Below are positions 10,699-20,730 of a DNA stretch of 64,000 nucleotides, piece by piece. Both the position numbers and the translations under genes were made by a program. The notes under the pieces were generated by a model. It was not told the origin of the DNA and made no database searches. It worked only from the letters and a program-made list of their open reading frames with translations. How positions within the stretch are numbered: position 1 is the stretch's first letter; every line of letters begins with the position of its first letter. Source of the DNA: an uncultured delta proteobacterium (GTDB taxonomy: Bacteria > Desulfobacterota > Binatia > Binatales > Binataceae); the NCBI GenBank assembly GCA_963724765.1, contig CAVRVY010000001.1, forward strand, positions 672,001 through 736,000, given 5' to 3'.

Positions 10699-12165
10699 CT
10701 AGTCTATCGAATTGGTATCGCCGTTCGGCTCGCTTGCGCCCGCCGGCTGCTGATCCTCCGGCGTAAACGTTACCAGCAGGCGCGGCGGAGCATTGAGTGG
10801 CACCACCGCGAAGCGCGACACCGGCGAAGTATTCACGGTCACCGTGGTCCCGCCGGCATCGGTCTGGATATCGCAGTCGTGGAAGATCGAGCGGTCGAAT
10901 ACCATGTGAGTCGCAAGGCCGTGGGCCGGCTTGGTCTCCTTCAGGTGGATGGTCAGCGTCGATGAACTGGAGCCGCCCTCGAGCTGGTTGTCGTAGGCGA
11001 CCGGGCCCGTCAGATCGAAGATTACCGAAAGTGGCGGATCGGCCGAGGAGAGCCTGACCTTGTTGAGTGTGGCAGGTCCGGTGCGGTCCGCCGCATTTGT
11101 TGCGCCGGTTGCCGCGGCCGCGGCAGGAGCCGCCGGACTTATTCCGGCCGCGCCCCCTTCGGTTGCTCCAGACGACATGGAACTGGGCGCATCAGCAGCG
11201 GGCGCGCCGTCAGCGGACGCGATCGGACCTGTCGAACCTGTGGAAGGGCCAGCATCAGGCGACGCCGGCGGTGATGGGGGCGCCTTGAGGATCGGCAGCG
11301 GAGGATATGCGTCGGCCGAAGCCAGCGCCGTTTCGTCACCCTGACGCACCCTTACCTGGTCGGTGTCGTCGCCGAATCCGCTCTCGGTCAACACCAGATG
11401 CAACGGATCCTCTTCGGTGTCGACCGGCTGATGCAGTTTATTGAGTTCGGACTTGGCTTTGCTGGCATACATGGTGCCGGGGTAGTGCAGCACCACCGCG
11501 GTGAAGGCCTGCGCGGCGGAATATTTTTTGCCTTCCTTCTCCAGCGTGGTGCCGAGCTGGTAGAGCGCCTCGTCACCCACCGGGGTGTCGGGCCATTTTT
11601 GCATCAACTCGGCCAGACGAGATTCGGCGGCGCGGAAGTTGGCCCGCTGGTAGTAGAAGTCTCCGATCAGTAGCTGATGGCGCGCGAGCATTTCGCGGCA
11701 GACGGAAATCTGCTGATGGGCCAGTGCAGCGAAGCCCGTTTCAGGAAAGCGCCGTTCGATTATCTCGAACTGCTGCAGCGCCTGCTCGGTGTTGCTCTGA
11801 TCCTGGTCGGGGCGGCCGATCTGATCGTAGTGCGCCATCGCCAGGTAGTACGAGGCCAGCTCGATTTCCTTGCTAGTCGGATGCATCTTCTCGAAATCGC
11901 CCAGCGAAGCGATCGCCTCGGCGTAGTGCTTTTGCTGGTAATCGGAAAGTCCGATCTTTAGCTCGGCGTCTTCGGCGTAGGGGCTGAAGGGATACTGGTC
12001 GATCAGCTTCTGAAAGTAGATGGACGCGCCTTTGTAGTCGTGCGTGGCAAAGGCCTGCTGTCCTAGCGCATAGTAGTTCTCGCCAGTCGGGGTCTGCTGA
12101 TGCAGACCACAAGCCGCCGCGCAGAGCGCGAGACCAGCCGCCAGTACGAAAGCCAAACGCCGCAT
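10699..12165 (-). CDS. bamD: Outer membrane assembly lipoprotein BamD with an Ala/Pro/Gly linker and C-terminal AMIN-like domain
   Basis: Lipobox 'AAAC', TPR motifs 'YPFSPYAEDAEL', 'DQDQSNTEQALQQF', 'LARHQLLIGDFY'. The tail 'VIFDLTGPV...PLNAPPRLLVTF' resembles AMIN. Confidence 0.88.
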   Translation of the reverse strand: MRRLAFVLAAGLALCAAACGLHQQTPTGENYYALGQQAFATHDYKGASIYFQKLIDQYPFSPYAEDAELKIGLSDYQQKHYAEAIASLGDFEKMHPTSKEIELASYYLAMAHYDQIGRPDQDQSNTEQALQQFEIIERRFPETGFAALAHQQISVCREMLARHQLLIGDFYYQRANFRAAESRLAELMQKWPDTPVGDEALYQLGTTLEKEGKKYSAAQAFTAVVLHYPGTMYASKAKSELNKLHQPVDTEEDPLHLVLTESGFGDDTDQVRVRQGDETALASADAYPPLPILKAPPSPPASPDAGPSTGSTGPIASADGAPAADAPSSMSSGATEGGAAGISPAAPAAAAATGATNAADRTGPATLNKVRLSSADPPLSVIFDLTGPVAYDNQLEGGSSSSTLTIHLKETKPAHGLATHMVFDRSIFHDCDIQTDAGGTTVTVNTSPVSRFAVVPLNAPPRLLVTFTPEDQQPAGASEPNGDTNSID

Positions 12166-12254
12166 AATAGAAACTTGGGGTCAGGTTAGACGCTACCTGA
12201 TGCCAAGGCAAGCTCGTCGCGAAACAGATGACAACAGCGGGAGACTAAGACGGG

Positions 12255-12890
12255 CTAGGCCAGCGCGAAAGAGGCCGAAAATACCGCCTTGCCCTGGGCG
12301 AGATACTTCAGGCCGAAGCCCGAGGCTCGCGCGCCCGGCGCCACGACTTCGACTCGGCGAAACCCCGCGCCCGCGAGCATCGCGAACATTTCCATCGCGT
12401 AGGGCTCAACGTCGGTCGCTACGTGGACGATCGCTCCGGGGGCCAGCACGCGCTTTAGGCGCTCGGCAAAACCTGCCGAGAACATCCGATGCTTCTGTTG
12501 CGAGAGCGTGAGCCAGGGGTCGGGAAAGTAGACGTGGCACGCGCTCAGGCTCCCGGTCGGCACCATCAGGTTGACCAGCGTGCGCGCGTCCATCCGTGCC
12601 ACGCGCAGGTTGTCGAGTCCACGGCGAGCGACGCGAAGCGCCAGCACCCGTGCGACCGAGGCCGCCAGCTCGACCGCGAGAAAGTCGCGCTCGGGACGCT
12701 GGGCCGCGTATTCGATGATGAAGTCGCCGCGGCCGGCGCCCAGTTCGACCTCCAGTGGCGCGCGCCGTCCGAAAAGACGCTCGGGATCGATCGCATATAG
12801 AGGGCCGTCCTCGGCGACCAGCACGCTCGTCGCGAGCGCGCGCTTTTCCGGATCGCGCCACATGCGCGCCGCCTTGCGCAGCCGTGCCAT
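12255..12890 (-). CDS. trmB: tRNA (guanine-N7)-methyltransferase
   Basis: 'EVELGAGRGDF', 'FLAVEL', 'YFPDPW', 'ATDV..Y'. Confidence 0.88.
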   Translation of the reverse strand: MARLRKAARMWRDPEKRALATSVLVAEDGPLYAIDPERLFGRRAPLEVELGAGRGDFIIEYAAQRPERDFLAVELAASVARVLALRVARRGLDNLRVARMDARTLVNLMVPTGSLSACHVYFPDPWLTLSQQKHRMFSAGFAERLKRVLAPGAIVHVATDVEPYAMEMFAMLAGAGFRRVEVVAPGARASGFGLKYLAQGKAVFSASFALA

Positions 12891-12923
12891 CAGAGGGGGG
12901 CCGACGAGGTCGCTCGGCGCGGC

Positions 12924-14366
12924 CTAGTCGGTGCGCGCCATGAAATTCTTGACTCGCTGCACCAGCGGTGCGAGGTCCGTGTTGTCAACCAGCGCACTGG
13001 CCATCCTGACCGGGTCGCCGAAGAAGAAGCGCTCGTAGAGCACCTGGCGGCCGGCGAACGAGCTGCCGGCGGCGTCCCAAGCCAGCCGATAGAGCGCCAC
13101 GCGCTCGCGCGCGCCGGCGTCGGCTTGGCCGAAATAGCGTTCGATCTCGGGCGCCAGGGGGCTTTTGAAATCGCGCTCCGACGGCGTCGCCATCAAACTC
13201 GAAGAGCTGTTGAGCTGGATGATCTCGGCCAGGCGCGGATACAGCTTGGGAAAAAGATTGCGCGCGGTGTCGAGCGGCGGGCGCGCCGGCATGTACTCGC
13301 CCCACTTGTCGGCCGCGGCGTCGGCCTCGGCGGCGCGCAGGCATGAGCGCATCAGCTCGGTCGTGATGATCATCTCGGCCAGCCGCTCGCGCACGTGCGG
13401 CAGGCTCATCGCGTCGCTTACCTGCGCGATTCGGGTCGCGAGGCCGAGCATGAACTCGCTCTTGACCGCGTTTTTTACCACCACCTGATGCATCATATTG
13501 ACGACGGCGCCGGTCTCGGCATAGAGCGCGTTGCATCGCGCCATGTCGCCGCATACGAACACGCGCTCCCACGGCACGGTCACGTTGTCAAAGATGACGA
13601 CGCAATCCATCTCCTCGAAACGCGAGGCGAGGGGATGGTCGAAATGCGATCGTTCGGAGTCGAACGGATCGCGACAGAGAAATTTCAGTCCCGGCGCGTT
13701 GCATTGCACCGCAAACGCTAGCGCGAAGGGCTTCTGGCTCGGGTCCTCCTTGAGCACGGTGGAAGGAAAGACCAGCAATTCCTCGGAGGCCGGCCCGAGC
13801 GTGGCGAGCATGCGCGCGCCGTTGACGACGATTCCGTCGCGGGTCTCCTCGACGAGGCGCAGGGCGAGGTCGGCGTCGGTCTGGCCGGCCCATCCTGCGG
13901 CGCGGCTGGCGCGCGGGTTGAGCAGCGTGTGAGTCGCGCACCAATCGTTGCGGCGCGCGGCGCGGTAATACTCCACGATATTGTCGCCGAAGCGCTTGTC
14001 GGCGGCGGCGAAGAACTCGTGCGCGGCCGCCATAGCCGCGATGCTGGCATTGAGGTAGTCAGGCGTGCGCCCGAGCATCCCGCCGCTGAATTCGGCCCAT
14101 CGCCGCATCATCGCGCCGCGCTTGCGTACGTCGTCGCCGCTTTGCGGCTGGATGAAGGAGAGGCCGGCACGCTCGCCGCCCTCGACGCGATAGGTCATCG
14201 CCTCGGGGTGCTCGATCTGCATGTCGTAGAGCGAAGCGAGCGAGCGCGTGACCGGCTTGAGCGCGGGATGGGTGGTCGGGTCGGCGACGCGCTCGCCGCC
14301 GATCCAGACTTCGCTCTTGAGCTTGCGCATCGCGCTCAAATAATTGTTGCCCGAGCGCGCACCCAT
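12924..14366 (-). CDS. hpaB: 4-hydroxyphenylacetate 3-monooxygenase, oxygenase component
   Basis: 'MGARSG..YL', 'GMLGRTPDYLN', 'HTLLNP', 'GARMLATL', 'SRFEEMD', 'RQVLYERFFFGDP'. ATG 14366 overlaps the upstream TGA. Confidence 0.93.
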   Translation of the reverse strand: MGARSGNNYLSAMRKLKSEVWIGGERVADPTTHPALKPVTRSLASLYDMQIEHPEAMTYRVEGGERAGLSFIQPQSGDDVRKRGAMMRRWAEFSGGMLGRTPDYLNASIAAMAAAHEFFAAADKRFGDNIVEYYRAARRNDWCATHTLLNPRASRAAGWAGQTDADLALRLVEETRDGIVVNGARMLATLGPASEELLVFPSTVLKEDPSQKPFALAFAVQCNAPGLKFLCRDPFDSERSHFDHPLASRFEEMDCVVIFDNVTVPWERVFVCGDMARCNALYAETGAVVNMMHQVVVKNAVKSEFMLGLATRIAQVSDAMSLPHVRERLAEMIITTELMRSCLRAAEADAAADKWGEYMPARPPLDTARNLFPKLYPRLAEIIQLNSSSSLMATPSERDFKSPLAPEIERYFGQADAGARERVALYRLAWDAAGSSFAGRQVLYERFFFGDPVRMASALVDNTDLAPLVQRVKNFMARTD

Positions 14367-15253
14367 CAGAGGATCTCCTGCAACTGCGGCAGCCGTTTGC
14401 GCAGCCGCTCGGCGGCGTCTTCGGGCGCCATGTAGGGCGGTCGCGCGGGTCCCATGTCGATCCCGGTCGCGACCGAGGCGGTGACCTTGGTGACGCCCAG
14501 GTGGCCGAGCGCTTCTTCGCCGCCGCGCGGGAAGCATCGGTTGAGCCGGCGCTGGATTTCCTGGGCGCGCATGATGTCGCCGGCGCGGTAGGCCTTGAGC
14601 AGCGCCGCGGAGGCCGGCACGGCGAAAATGTTGATGAAGCCGCCGGCCGCGCCGAGCATCAGGCCGCTCAGCAGTGCGCGGAAGGTGTTGTAGATTTCGA
14701 TCCGCGAGCCGATCTGATCGTAAAGTTCCTCGAGATGCTGTAGGTCGGTGAGGACTTCCTTCATCGCGACCACGCCGGGAATCGTCGCCAGGCGCGCGGC
14801 GAACTTCGGCGTGATATTGAACTTGCTCAGCGCCGGATTGTGATAGACCACCAGCGGCAGATCGCCGGCCTCGGCAATCATCCGGTAGTGGCGCTCGACC
14901 TCGGCCTCGCCGCAGCGCCAGTAGTAAGGCGGGATCACCTGCTGGGCGTCGTAGCCCATCTTTGCCGCGATCTTGGCGAAGTGCAGGGCCTCCAGCGTGG
15001 TCGCGCCTGAGGTCATCGCGGTGGCGGGAACCCCGGGACGCTTGCGCGTCTCCTCCAGCGTCACTTCAAACGCCCGCGTGCGCTCGGCTTCGCTCAGGTG
15101 CAGGAACTCGCCGATACTGGGAGTGGCGACGATACCGTCGGCGCCGTTGTCGAGCGCCCATCGCACCTCGTTGCGCAATGCCTCTTCGTTGAGCTTGTAG
15201 TCCGCGGTGAACGGCGTCACCAGCATCGCATGGATTCCGTGCACGAGTTTCAC
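14366..15253 (-). CDS. DapA/dihydrodipicolinate synthase-family aldolase (HpaI-like candidate)
   Basis: 'AMLVTPF', 'PSIGEF', 'IPPYY', 'VYHNP', Schiff-base 'AMKE'. GTG 15253 follows GGAGGG. Confidence 0.85.
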   Translation of the reverse strand: MKLVHGIHAMLVTPFTADYKLNEEALRNEVRWALDNGADGIVATPSIGEFLHLSEAERTRAFEVTLEETRKRPGVPATAMTSGATTLEALHFAKIAAKMGYDAQQVIPPYYWRCGEAEVERHYRMIAEAGDLPLVVYHNPALSKFNITPKFAARLATIPGVVAMKEVLTDLQHLEELYDQIGSRIEIYNTFRALLSGLMLGAAGGFINIFAVPASAALLKAYRAGDIMRAQEIQRRLNRCFPRGGEEALGHLGVTKVTASVATGIDMGPARPPYMAPEDAAERLRKRLPQLQEIL

Positions 15254-15254
15254 T

Positions 15255-16172
15255 TCACTTCCCTCCGCCCGCTGGCGCCTGCGCGCTCTGATGCGCCGCG
15301 GCGGTGGGCCGGGCGAAATAGAAAATTGCCTGTCCGGTTCCGAGCGCCGCTTCATAGCGCCCGAATTGTTCTCCGCGCCAGTTCCACTCCCCACCGCCGA
15401 GCGCACCCGCCATCATCAGGTAGTGCGAGAAGCGTCCTTCAGGCGAACATTCGGCGCGGTATTCGGGGGCGGCGCGCAGAATCTCATCGTGCCGGCCGGA
15501 CTTAAACCATTCCATCAATTTTTCGTCGTACAGGCGGTTGGCGAGCGAGCTGATGTCGTTGGGCGAGGCCGAGGCGTGTTGCAATACGTTGTCGTAGTCC
15601 CAGAAGCGATGGGACATGCCGCCTGCCGCGATAAGCACGACGCGGCGGCCGGACGCGCGGATCGCGGCGCCCATCGCGACGCCGAAAGCGACGTCATTGG
15701 AGATTCGCGCCGTCTGGCAAACTCCCATCGACAATATGCGCCGCGTCGCGCCTAGGTTAAAGTAATGCATGACGTTTAACGTCGGATAATGCAGCGGCAG
15801 GGTGGGGTAGCCCGACGCTATCGCGCGCAGTCCGCCGGCGCGAGCCGCTTCGACGATTGCCGCGGCCAGTTCCGGATCGCCCGGGTAGTCGTAGGCGTAC
15901 TCATGGATCATCTGCGGCAATTCCTCAGAGGTATAGAGGCCGCGCAGACGCTCTTGTGCATTGAGCACGTATTCCAGCGTGGTGAACCAGTGCGTGTCGA
16001 TCAGCACGAAGGTATCGAACTTGAGCGCGCGCAGCCGCTCGCGCTCGAGCGACTCCATCGCGTCGTAAAAGGTGGTGACGTTTTTGCCCATGTAAGCGCG
16101 GCGTGCTTCGGGATCGTGAATCATCAGACGCGGCACGTGAGTGGTGAAAATTGCGGCTACGATCTCGCCCAT
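15255..16172 (-). CDS. hpaD: 3,4-dihydroxyphenylacetate 2,3-dioxygenase (LigB-type extradiol dioxygenase)
   Basis: 'MGEIVAAIFTTHVP', 'DTHW', 'YPGDPELA', 'GGMSHRFW', 'GTGQ'. AAGGAGG RBS. Confidence 0.88.
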   Translation of the reverse strand: MGEIVAAIFTTHVPRLMIHDPEARRAYMGKNVTTFYDAMESLERERLRALKFDTFVLIDTHWFTTLEYVLNAQERLRGLYTSEELPQMIHEYAYDYPGDPELAAAIVEAARAGGLRAIASGYPTLPLHYPTLNVMHYFNLGATRRILSMGVCQTARISNDVAFGVAMGAAIRASGRRVVLIAAGGMSHRFWDYDNVLQHASASPNDISSLANRLYDEKLMEWFKSGRHDEILRAAPEYRAECSPEGRFSHYLMMAGALGGGEWNWRGEQFGRYEAALGTGQAIFYFARPTAAAHQSAQAPAGGGK

Positions 16173-16197
16173 CGCGGGCCTCCTTTGGCGCGGCAAT

Positions 16198-17673
16198 TCA
16201 TCGCGATGCCTGGTGTTCGGGATAGGTCAGGCAGACCAGCTTGGGCTCGGTCCAGAACTCCAGGCTGAAGCGCCCGCCCTGACGGCCGACTCCGCTCTGG
16301 CCCGAACCGCCGAACGGCGTGCGCAGATCGCGCAGGAAGAAACTGTTGACCCACACCATCCCGGTCTTGATGCGCGCGGCCACGCGCAGCGCGCGCTCCA
16401 GTTCGCTAGTCCAGATGTAAGCGGCAAGACCGTAGTGCGTCGCGTTGGCCATCGCGGCCGCCTGTTCTTCGTCCTCGAAGCGCTCGACGCTCAGCACCGG
16501 GCCGAAAATTTCCTCGCGCACCGCGCGCGCGTCGGGCCGCAGGCGATCGAGCACGGTCGGCAGATAGTAGTAGCCGGGACGGGGATACTCGGGAATCGCG
16601 CCGCCGGCCAACAGCTCCGCGCCGCCGGCAACCGCCTCCTTGACGAAGGCGTCGACGCGGCTGCGATGAGCGGCCGAGATCAGCGGGCCGTATTCGGTCT
16701 CGTCGTTAAGCGGGTCGCCGATTTTCAGCTTGCGCATGTCGTCGAGGACCATCGCGATGAATTCGTCGGCGATTTTCCGCTCGACCAGTAATCGCGAACC
16801 CGCGACGCACGACTGTCCCTGGCTGCGAAAGATCGAGCGCGCGACGCCGGCGGCGGTGCGTTTCAGGTCCGTGTCGGCGAATACCAAATTGGGCGACTTG
16901 CCGCCGAGCTCCAGCGTCACCCGCTTGAGCGACTCGGCCGCCGCCGCCATCACGCGCTTTCCGGTCGCGACGCCGCCCGTAAACGCGATCCCGTCGACGC
17001 CAGGATGCGCCACCAGTGCGGCGCCGGCCACGCCCTGGCCGGGCAGGATATTGAGCACGCCCGGCGGAAGCCCAGCCTCATTTGCGATTTCGCCCAGCGC
17101 GATCGCGGTCAGCGGCGCGAGTTCCGAGGGTTTGTAGATGCACGCGTTGCCGGCGGCGAGGCACGGTCCGAGGTTCCACGTGCCGAGCATCAGCGGCGAG
17201 TTCCACGGGATAATGATCGCGCCGACGCCGAGCGATGCGCGCTCGGTCAGGCTGACCAGCTTGAGGTCGGCGCCGAGAAACTTGGCGTCGCCGTAGCTCG
17301 CCTCCTGGGTCCACGCCTCGGCCGCGTTGGCGAAGAAGCGCAGGTTGCGTGCGGCGCGCGCGACATCGTGGTTGACGCATTCGCTGACCGGCTTGCCGAC
17401 GTCGCGCGCCTCGAGCCGTCCCAGGTCGCGGGCTCGCTTTTCGATCCCGTCCGCCATGCGGCCGATGATACGGCCGCGCGCCTCGGCGCTCATCTTCGGC
17501 CATGGGCCACGGTCGGCGGCCTCGCGCGCCGCGGCGACCGCACGCTCGATGTCCTCGGTGCCGGCGTTGGCCACCTGAGCGAGTTCGCGTTCGGTGGCGG
17601 GCTCCACATCCGCAAAGCGCGCGCCATCAGCCGCCGCAACGTACTTGCCTCCGATGAACAGATTGGTTTCCAT
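16198..17673 (-). CDS. hpaE: Aldehyde dehydrogenase, HpaE/2-hydroxymuconate semialdehyde dehydrogenase-like
   Basis: 'IIPWN', 'LELGGKSP', 'GQSCVAGSR', 'EEIFGPV', 'FFLRDLRTPFGG'. First gene of the hpa-type cluster. Confidence 0.82.
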   Translation of the reverse strand: METNLFIGGKYVAAADGARFADVEPATERELAQVANAGTEDIERAVAAAREAADRGPWPKMSAEARGRIIGRMADGIEKRARDLGRLEARDVGKPVSECVNHDVARAARNLRFFANAAEAWTQEASYGDAKFLGADLKLVSLTERASLGVGAIIIPWNSPLMLGTWNLGPCLAAGNACIYKPSELAPLTAIALGEIANEAGLPPGVLNILPGQGVAGAALVAHPGVDGIAFTGGVATGKRVMAAAAESLKRVTLELGGKSPNLVFADTDLKRTAAGVARSIFRSQGQSCVAGSRLLVERKIADEFIAMVLDDMRKLKIGDPLNDETEYGPLISAAHRSRVDAFVKEAVAGGAELLAGGAIPEYPRPGYYYLPTVLDRLRPDARAVREEIFGPVLSVERFEDEEQAAAMANATHYGLAAYIWTSELERALRVAARIKTGMVWVNSFFLRDLRTPFGGSGQSGVGRQGGRFSLEFWTEPKLVCLTYPEHQASR

Positions 17674-18012
17674 GTTGGCCGGCCGGTTTACCGATTTATT
17701 CGAACGATACGCCGCGATGCGTCAGACACAACTGAATTTCCTCGAATTCCATCCGCAAGACAACTGAGGTCATCTGTGAATCGCCAGCGGCACGGTTCTC
17801 CTACGACCTGGTGAGCAACTCTTTCGCCGCAGTGGCGTCCACGGCGTCGATGAGTGGTCCGCGCGAGTTTGCCACCGCCACGCCGCTATGCAATGGCAAA
17901 GTGCCTCGTTGTGCCGGTTTTAGAGTAAGCGGCGATGTAAAAATGCTGCAAAACAATAAAGACTGTGCTAAGCTCAGCGGCCGGCGGGGGCGGCTTAACG
18001 CGGGCCGGTGAA

Positions 18013-20007
18013 ATGCCAATGGCGCATCGTTGGACGAACAGGATGATACGTGCGTGTCTGGCGGCGCTGGCGGCGGCCGTCGCGCTTGTGGGCTCGCCCT
18101 GGGGTCCCATCAACGCTGCACGGGCTGGTCTGGTGCCGAGCGGCGTCGCTGTGATTCCGCATCGGATCATGCTGTCCGGCGCCGCGGTGCAGGGTCCGAT
18201 GGCCGCGAGCAAGGTTGCGCTCTATACCATTAATCCCAAGACCGGGGCGTCAGTTGCACTTGTCAGCACGGGCACGACCGATGACTCGGGCAGCTTCGCG
18301 ATAGTTTTACAGGCCCACAGTGGCCCGCTGCGGTTGATGGCTAAGGGCGGTTCGTTTACCAGCGAGATGGACGGCTCCACGATCGGCAAGCCCGGCACGA
18401 TATCATTGCTGCTGCCGGGTGCGGCCACGAGCCTCGCCGGCATATCGATCAATCCGCTGACGACGTTTATTGATGCGCTGGCGATCGCCAGGCTCAAGGC
18501 GGGCGGAACGACTTTGAGCGCGGCACTCGCGAACGCGACCGCGACGATCGAATCGTACTATGGATTGTCCACCGATCCGGGAACGCTCGCGCCCGACTAC
18601 ACGATGGCTGGTGTGGGGACGGATGCCGGCAACCTCGGCCTCGTGCTGGGCGCATCGATCAACGAAGACCAGCACCTGTGCCCGGGCGCACCGGGCGGAC
18701 TGGTAGCGGCGCTCGCCGCCGACCTTTCTGACGGAGTCTTCGACGGCAGAAAGGCGGGAACGGCGGTAGCGTACTGTGGGGCAAAGCTGCCGGCGATCGC
18801 CGGGACGAGCGATTTCCAGGACGCACTCTCGGGCGTGCAACAGCTTCAATACGTGAGCGCGGGGTTCGCGTTCGGCGGCCTGTATGGCCCCGTCGGCAAT
18901 ATCCTGCTGAACCAGGATCCGCCGGTCACGCCCGACCTGTTGCTGTCGCCGCTGGCGATGATCAATGCCGCAGTGACCAAAGCGGCGCCGTCGACATCCA
19001 GTACCTCGAGTCCGCCGATGACGATGGCGCGCGGTTCCGCAACTGCCACGCTGCTGCCCAATGGCAAGGTGTTAATCGCGGGCGGATTTGACGGCAGCAC
19101 CACCACCACAAATGGCACCGAACTATATGATCCTGCTACCAACACCCTCAGCGCCGGGCCGCCGCTGAGGCACGCGCGCGGTGAGGCGACGGCCACGTTG
19201 TTGCCCAACGGAAAGGTTCTTGTCGCCGGGGGCAACGATGGCACCAATCCTTTGATGAGCACGGAGCTCTACGACATCGCGACCAACACTTTCTCTCCGG
19301 GGCCGTCGATGGTCGCTGCTCGTTTTGCCGCCGGAGCCACGTTGTTGGCCAACGGAAAGATGCTCATCGCAGGCGGCAACGGCCTTACCTCCGGGGGCTT
19401 GAGCAGCACCGAGCTATACGACCCCTCGGCCAACTCGTTTGCCGCTGGCCCCTCGATGAGCGTCGCGCAGGGTCCATGCACGGCCATCCTAATGCCGAAC
19501 GGCAAGGTACTGATCGTCGGAGATGGCTTTAACATCGACCCCAACGTGAGCGTGGCGGAACTTTACGATCCTGCAGATAATTCCATGGCCGAGCGGTCGC
19601 TCGATACGTTTCGCCAATACCCAGCCGTCGCTCTGCTGCCTGACGGCAAGGTGTTGATCGCCGGAGGCGTCGGGGCCTCTGGTGTCATGAGCAGCACGCA
19701 GATTTACGACCCGGCGCAGGACGCGTTCACCGACGGTCCATCAATGAGCAATGGCCATTGGTTTGCCACGGCTGCGCCGACCGCCAATGGGAAGATTCTC
19801 ATAATCGGCGGCAACGGCAACGATATTGAGGGCATCGATAGCGTCGACGTGTACGATTCGGTAACCAATTCCTTCAGCGCGGGCACGCCGATGAACGATC
19901 CGCGCGTGTTTGCCACTGCAACCCTGCTGCCCAACGGCCGCGTATTAATCGCGGGCGGCTGGGACGGATCAGGCCCGCTCGCCAGCACGGAGTTTTACAC
20001 ACCCTGA
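18013..20007 (+). CDS. Secreted Kelch-repeat (7-blade, galactose-oxidase-like propeller) protein with an unknown N-terminal domain
   Basis: Seven 'ATLLPNGKVLIAGG...ELYDP' type repeats in the C-terminal half. Hydrophobic signal 'RACLAALAAAVALVG'. Confidence 0.88.
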   Translation: MPMAHRWTNRMIRACLAALAAAVALVGSPWGPINAARAGLVPSGVAVIPHRIMLSGAAVQGPMAASKVALYTINPKTGASVALVSTGTTDDSGSFAIVLQAHSGPLRLMAKGGSFTSEMDGSTIGKPGTISLLLPGAATSLAGISINPLTTFIDALAIARLKAGGTTLSAALANATATIESYYGLSTDPGTLAPDYTMAGVGTDAGNLGLVLGASINEDQHLCPGAPGGLVAALAADLSDGVFDGRKAGTAVAYCGAKLPAIAGTSDFQDALSGVQQLQYVSAGFAFGGLYGPVGNILLNQDPPVTPDLLLSPLAMINAAVTKAAPSTSSTSSPPMTMARGSATATLLPNGKVLIAGGFDGSTTTTNGTELYDPATNTLSAGPPLRHARGEATATLLPNGKVLVAGGNDGTNPLMSTELYDIATNTFSPGPSMVAARFAAGATLLANGKMLIAGGNGLTSGGLSSTELYDPSANSFAAGPSMSVAQGPCTAILMPNGKVLIVGDGFNIDPNVSVAELYDPADNSMAERSLDTFRQYPAVALLPDGKVLIAGGVGASGVMSSTQIYDPAQDAFTDGPSMSNGHWFATAAPTANGKILIIGGNGNDIEGIDSVDVYDSVTNSFSAGTPMNDPRVFATATLLPNGRVLIAGGWDGSGPLASTEFYTP

Positions 20008-20079
20008 CGCGGGCGTCGCGAGGCGCTGACGGGGGTCGCCTTGACCGGCCTTCGGCGTGCCCATAACGTTAGGGCCACG

Positions 20080-20730
20080 ATGGCCGAGTTGCCGGACATC
20101 ATTCCGATCTTCCCGTTGCCCAATTTCGTGCTCTTTCCCGGGGTGACGGTGCCGCTGCATATTTTCGAGCCGCGCTATCGCGAGATGGTCGCCGAGGTCG
20201 CCGAGAGCCACGCCACCGTCGGGATGATAATGCTCAAGGGCGACTGGGAGCGCGAGTACTACGCGTATCCCGATATCTTCACCATCGGATGTGCGGGCCG
20301 TATCACCTCGCTGGAGAAGCTTCCCGACGGCCGCTACAACCTCCAGCTTGAAGGAATCAGCGAATTCCAGGTCGTGCGCGAAATCCGTGCCCATTCCTAT
20401 CGCCAGGCCGAAGTACAATGGTGTCCGTCGGGCCGCAGACTGCTCGGCCTGGAGCCTTCCGAGATGAACTCGCTGCGCGATCTTTTGGTCGGGTTCCTGG
20501 GCGAGAACGCCGATGCAGCCTGGCGCGGATTGGTCGACGAGCAGGGACTGCGCGACGCCGACCTGATCAATTTCCTGTGTTTTCACCTCGACGTGACGCC
20601 GCTGGAGAAGCAGACCCTGCTCGAGGCGCTCGACGACCGCATCGCCTGCCTGTTCGATGTGCTGACCTTCAAGATCGAGGAACGCAAGCTCGGCCCCTCC
20701 GGCCCGCGCGGCGGCGGCCCCGTCAACTAG
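20080..20730 (+). CDS. Lon peptidase substrate-binding (N-terminal) domain protein
   Basis: 'IPIFPL..VLFPG..PLHIFEPRYREMV', 'LPDGRYNL.L.G', 'EKQ.LLE'. Confidence 0.92.
   Translation: MAELPDIIPIFPLPNFVLFPGVTVPLHIFEPRYREMVAEVAESHATVGMIMLKGDWEREYYAYPDIFTIGCAGRITSLEKLPDGRYNLQLEGISEFQVVREIRAHSYRQAEVQWCPSGRRLLGLEPSEMNSLRDLLVGFLGENADAAWRGLVDEQGLRDADLINFLCFHLDVTPLEKQTLLEALDDRIACLFDVLTFKIEERKLGPSGPRGGGPVN

Noticed and set aside
14367-14537. Long N-terminal extension of hpaB in the ORF track
   Set aside because: It overlaps the DapA-like gene. The TGATG coupling indicates a start at 14366.
15249-15260. TTCACTTCACTT shared with 30964-30975 at two GTG starts
   Set aside because: Short, low-complexity match with no other shared context. 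Probably coincidence.
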